The translations under genes and the position numbers were made by a program. DNA of 64,000 nucleotides from an uncultured Actinomycetes bacterium (GTDB taxonomy: Bacteria > Actinomycetota > Acidimicrobiia > Acidimicrobiales > JACCXE01): positions 162,135 to 226,134 of the forward strand of contig CAVYNR010000012.1 in the NCBI GenBank assembly GCA_963769985.1, given 5' to 3'. The notes beneath the pieces are model-generated. The model saw only the letters and a program-made list of their open reading frames with translations, did no database searches and was not told where the DNA came from. This document shows, piece after piece, positions 61,397 to 64,000 of the stretch (its first letter is position 1; each line of letters starts with the position of its first letter).

Positions 61397-62182
61397 TCAG
61401 ATGGGCCTAGAGGTTGCGAGAGCGATCGTTTCGGTGACCGATTCGACCACGCCGTCGGGCCGCGACGTGTCGATGCGGTGCACCTTGTAGACGCTCAGGC
61501 CAACGGTGGGGGCAAAGAACTCCTGCGACAACTCCTCGGTAATCGTGGTCTGGCCGAGCGATCGCGCCGTCAGGATCACGCGGCGCTCTATCAGCCACGT
61601 GTCGATCACCACGTCGCCGATCTGCGTGCGGACGCGACGCGTCACGTTGGCCGTCTCCTGTCGACGCACCGTCACTGCCGCGTTCGTTGCGCTCGACGTG
61701 ACACAGGAGGTCGTGCTCGACCAGCGGCGCCGTTCGCGAAGGTTCGACGGCACGACCACCGCGCCGGACGTCCACTCACAGGAACCGGTGGTGTTTGGCG
61801 CTCCCGTGGCGACCAACACGCCGCGCGCGTTCGACCAGTCGACGCGAAGTTGACGCGCAGTGTCGCCAATTGCGAGGACCTGCGTGCCGTCCGGTGCGAC
61901 GGTCAACGTGCCTTCGCGCTCAGCGCCGTTCACTTCGGAGCGCACCGCGTACACGCCAGGCTGGGGCGCGCGCAGCGTTCCCGGCACGATCGGCGGTGCC
62001 ACCGCGACCGTCGTTGTGGTGGGCATGGGCGTGGTCGATGCGGTTGCCGCGGCTTCAGCCCGGCTCGGCGCATGCGCGGCGGGTGGCGCATTTAGCGCCG
62101 CGACGATGACGCCGTAGGCCGCGACCACCACCACCGAAGCCACTACCGCGGTGATGTGCGTTGCCTGCGCGCGCGCAGCCAA
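61397..62182 (-). CDS. hypothetical N-terminally anchored extracytoplasmic protein
   Basis: 261 aa ORF. TM ITAVVASVVVVAAYGVIVAAL, then a Pro/Thr linker and a beta-rich body. No family recognised. Confidence 0.5.
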   Translation of the reverse strand: MAARAQATHITAVVASVVVVAAYGVIVAALNAPPAAHAPSRAEAAATASTTPMPTTTTVAVAPPIVPGTLRAPQPGVYAVRSEVNGAEREGTLTVAPDGTQVLAIGDTARQLRVDWSNARGVLVATGAPNTTGSCEWTSGAVVVPSNLRERRRWSSTTSCVTSSATNAAVTVRRQETANVTRRVRTQIGDVVIDTWLIERRVILTARSLGQTTITEELSQEFFAPTVGLSVYKVHRIDTSRPDGVVESVTETIALATSRPI

Positions 62183-62480
62183 GCTGCGCTGTCGACCCTG
62201 CGAGCTGCATGTGCAGCGGCCCCCGCCACTCCTTGCATGGTGACGGATTTGCGCGCCAAACGCGCGGCTTTCCTGCTCACTCTGCGTGGCGAAGGGGCAT
62301 AAGACCGGAATCCACGGGGGTAAGACGGTCCGGACCTAGCCTCAGAACTGCGCCAGACAAGTCGTTTGTGCGTGCTGCCTTTGGCTAGCGTGCTTCGAGA
62401 AATCTGGCCCGGCGGCGTCAGAGTCGGCCTTTCCGTCCGTTCTTCTTCTTCTTCACACCAAACCCCAGGGAGTTTCCTGC

Positions 62481-64000
62481 ATGCGTATTCGTCGTTGGAC
62501 AACCGCAGCGCTAGTTGCGCTGATGGCGGTCCCAGCAGTAGCCACCATGGCCGCGCTCGCCGGCGCAGCGGCGGCGGGCCCGTATAGCGGTAGCGCAACG
62601 GGTGACCTCGTCCACGTGAACGCCGTCAACTCGCCGGCGATTCTCCCCGGCGTAGCCGACGTGCATCTCGCACGCTCGACCGCCGACGTCGAATTCCGGC
62701 GGGCTGGCCGATCCCGCCGGCAAGAATTCGGCGGCGCGCGCCACCAACCTCGACGCGCCGCTGCTCGCGGCCTCGGTTGACCTGAACCCGCTGCTCACCA
62801 CGGCCGCTCAGAGCGCGCCGCCGAACGCGGCCGCCGATGTGCAGAGCCTCACGGGACTGATCGATCTGGGCCCGGTTGCGATGGCCGAAGTCGCATCGGC
62901 AACGGCGCACGCGCGCTGGGCCGGCGCTGGCCAGTGCATTCCCCCGGGCACCCCGATCGCGACCTCCACGTCGACACTCGCCGACGCGAGCATCCTCACC
63001 GGCGTCGGCGAGCCGTTCGGATCGGCGCTGCTCTCGATCGACAACAGCAACGGCGGCGCGTCGTACAGCAAGTCCTCGGTTGGCCTTGTCGACGTTGCCA
63101 ATCAGACCAACAAGGGCCTCAAGTCCGAAGTCATCGACCAGGTTGACGGCATTGTGCTCTTCAAGGGGTCCGAGAACGAGCTCACCTTGAATGTGGTTGC
63201 GCCGCCGACCCTCACCGCGGTCGCTACCGGTACGGCGGCCACCTCGACGGTCGAATACAGCGAGCCGATCATCCAGATCATCCAGGGCGGGACCGTTACG
63301 ACGTGCTGAGCGCGACCGATCTCAGCGCGATCGACATCACGCTTCCGCCCGACGGCGTTCCGGCGCTGATCCTTCGTCTCGAGCTCGGCAAGCTGACCGG
63401 CAAGCAAATAAGCAACACCGGCGCCAGCGGTAGCGCGTCGCTCTCGAACCTCGAAGTCTCTCGACTTCACCGGCACGCTTTCTCTGCTCAAGGCCCAGAT
63501 CGCTCCGATGACGGTGACCGCGACGGTTCCGGTCGGCGGTGTTACTTGCGGTGGCGGTGGCGGTGGCATCCAGGTCGATGCTTCGACGCCGATCGTGCTC
63601 CCGGGCGGCAGCTTTGAATACGCCGTGACCGTGCCCAACTCGGGCGACTGCACGCTCAAGAACGTCAAAGTCGTGCTGACCGTCACCGGTCCCGATGGCA
63701 CCACCATCACCGGTGCGGTCCCAGATGCGGCGATATCCGGGCTCACGGCGACGTGGGCCAACATCGGATCGATCGCGCCAGGCGCGCTGAAAACGGTGAA
63801 GGCAACCATCAAGGTGCCCACGAACGCGCCCGTCGGCGCAACGTTCAAGGGCACCGCGACCGCGACCGGCACCTGTAACGGCGCGTCGGAAACCCACACC
63901 GCCGATTCGGGACCGGTTCCCACCGTCGGATCCGGCAGCAACGGTTGCGACCTTGGCAACAGCGGCATCTCGTCGTCGCACAAGGAAGTTCGCATCGGCG
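62481..64000 (+). pseudogene. large secreted protein ending in a DUF11/CARDB-like repeat domain, three frame changes, runs off the right edge
   Basis: ATG 62481 after AGGGAG. Signal MRIRRWTTAALVALMAVPAVATMAALAGAAAA. Text continues in other frames after ~62693, ~63302 and ~63468. Last part reads PIVLPGGSFEYAVTVPNSGDCTLKNVKVVLTVTGPDGTTITG... Confidence 0.55.

Noticed and set aside
62183-62480. Long (about 300 nt) leader upstream of the large secreted-protein gene, with strings CCGGAATCC and ACGGGGGTAAG that reminded me of the cyclic-di-AMP (ydaO-type) riboswitch found before actinobacterial cell-wall genes
   Set aside because: I can match only short fragments. The conserved CAGCUAACCUCGUAAGC-type segment and the pseudo-two-fold helices are not evident by eye. 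A covariance-model scan (Rfam ydaO-yuaA) of 62183-62480 would settle it. This is not reported as a feature.

Overview
GC-rich chromosomal segment with gene content and synteny typical of the Actinomycetota origin-of-replication neighbourhood. Left part (1-24.8 kb): a crotonase / metallophosphoesterase / PhyH / TIM-barrel operon, rpsF-ssb-rpsR-rplI, dnaB, a YcnI-CopCD copper operon, mscL, an unlisted flp pilin gene, panB, a class A PBP, and DUF5318-padR-ino1. Middle (24.9-43.4 kb): phoD, small-molecule enzymes, cca, then a Rv3909-like gene, murJ, degV, a pseudokinase, an ECF sigma/anti-sigma pair, trxB, trxA and cwlM. Right part (43.5-64 kb): parB-parA-(parS)-rsmG-jag-yidC-yidD-rnpA-rpmH | dnaA-dnaN-recF-(secreted NCS/LysM protein)-DUF721-gyrB-gyrA-tadE-like-DUF3566-tRNA-Ile, then two secreted proteins. 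I found no rRNA, CRISPR array, transposase or IS element. The only mobile element is a 426-codon intein with a LAGLIDADG endonuclease domain inside gyrA. The main second-look items are: (1) a recurrent TGTCACAC-N8-nAnnnT element upstream of rpsF-ssb, dnaB, dnaN-recF and a DUF2786 gene, with the architecture of the actinobacterial RecA-independent damage promoter; (2) a perfect 16+4+16 palindrome whose two ends are the divergent start codons of phoD and a methyltransferase ORF; (3) two Tat-exported phosphatases that share a TIPATGG sortase-type anchor; (4) roughly 40 hand-traced single-base frame changes plus one in-frame stop in about 20 genes, several of them indispensable, while the 11 kb dnaA-gyrA block is clean; (5) DnaA-box clusters at dnaA, in the dnaA-dnaN spacer, upstream of dnaB and in the cwlM/parB spacer. 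All coordinates of frame changes are approximate, read by eye by following conserved protein motifs across frames. No database search or folding was run.
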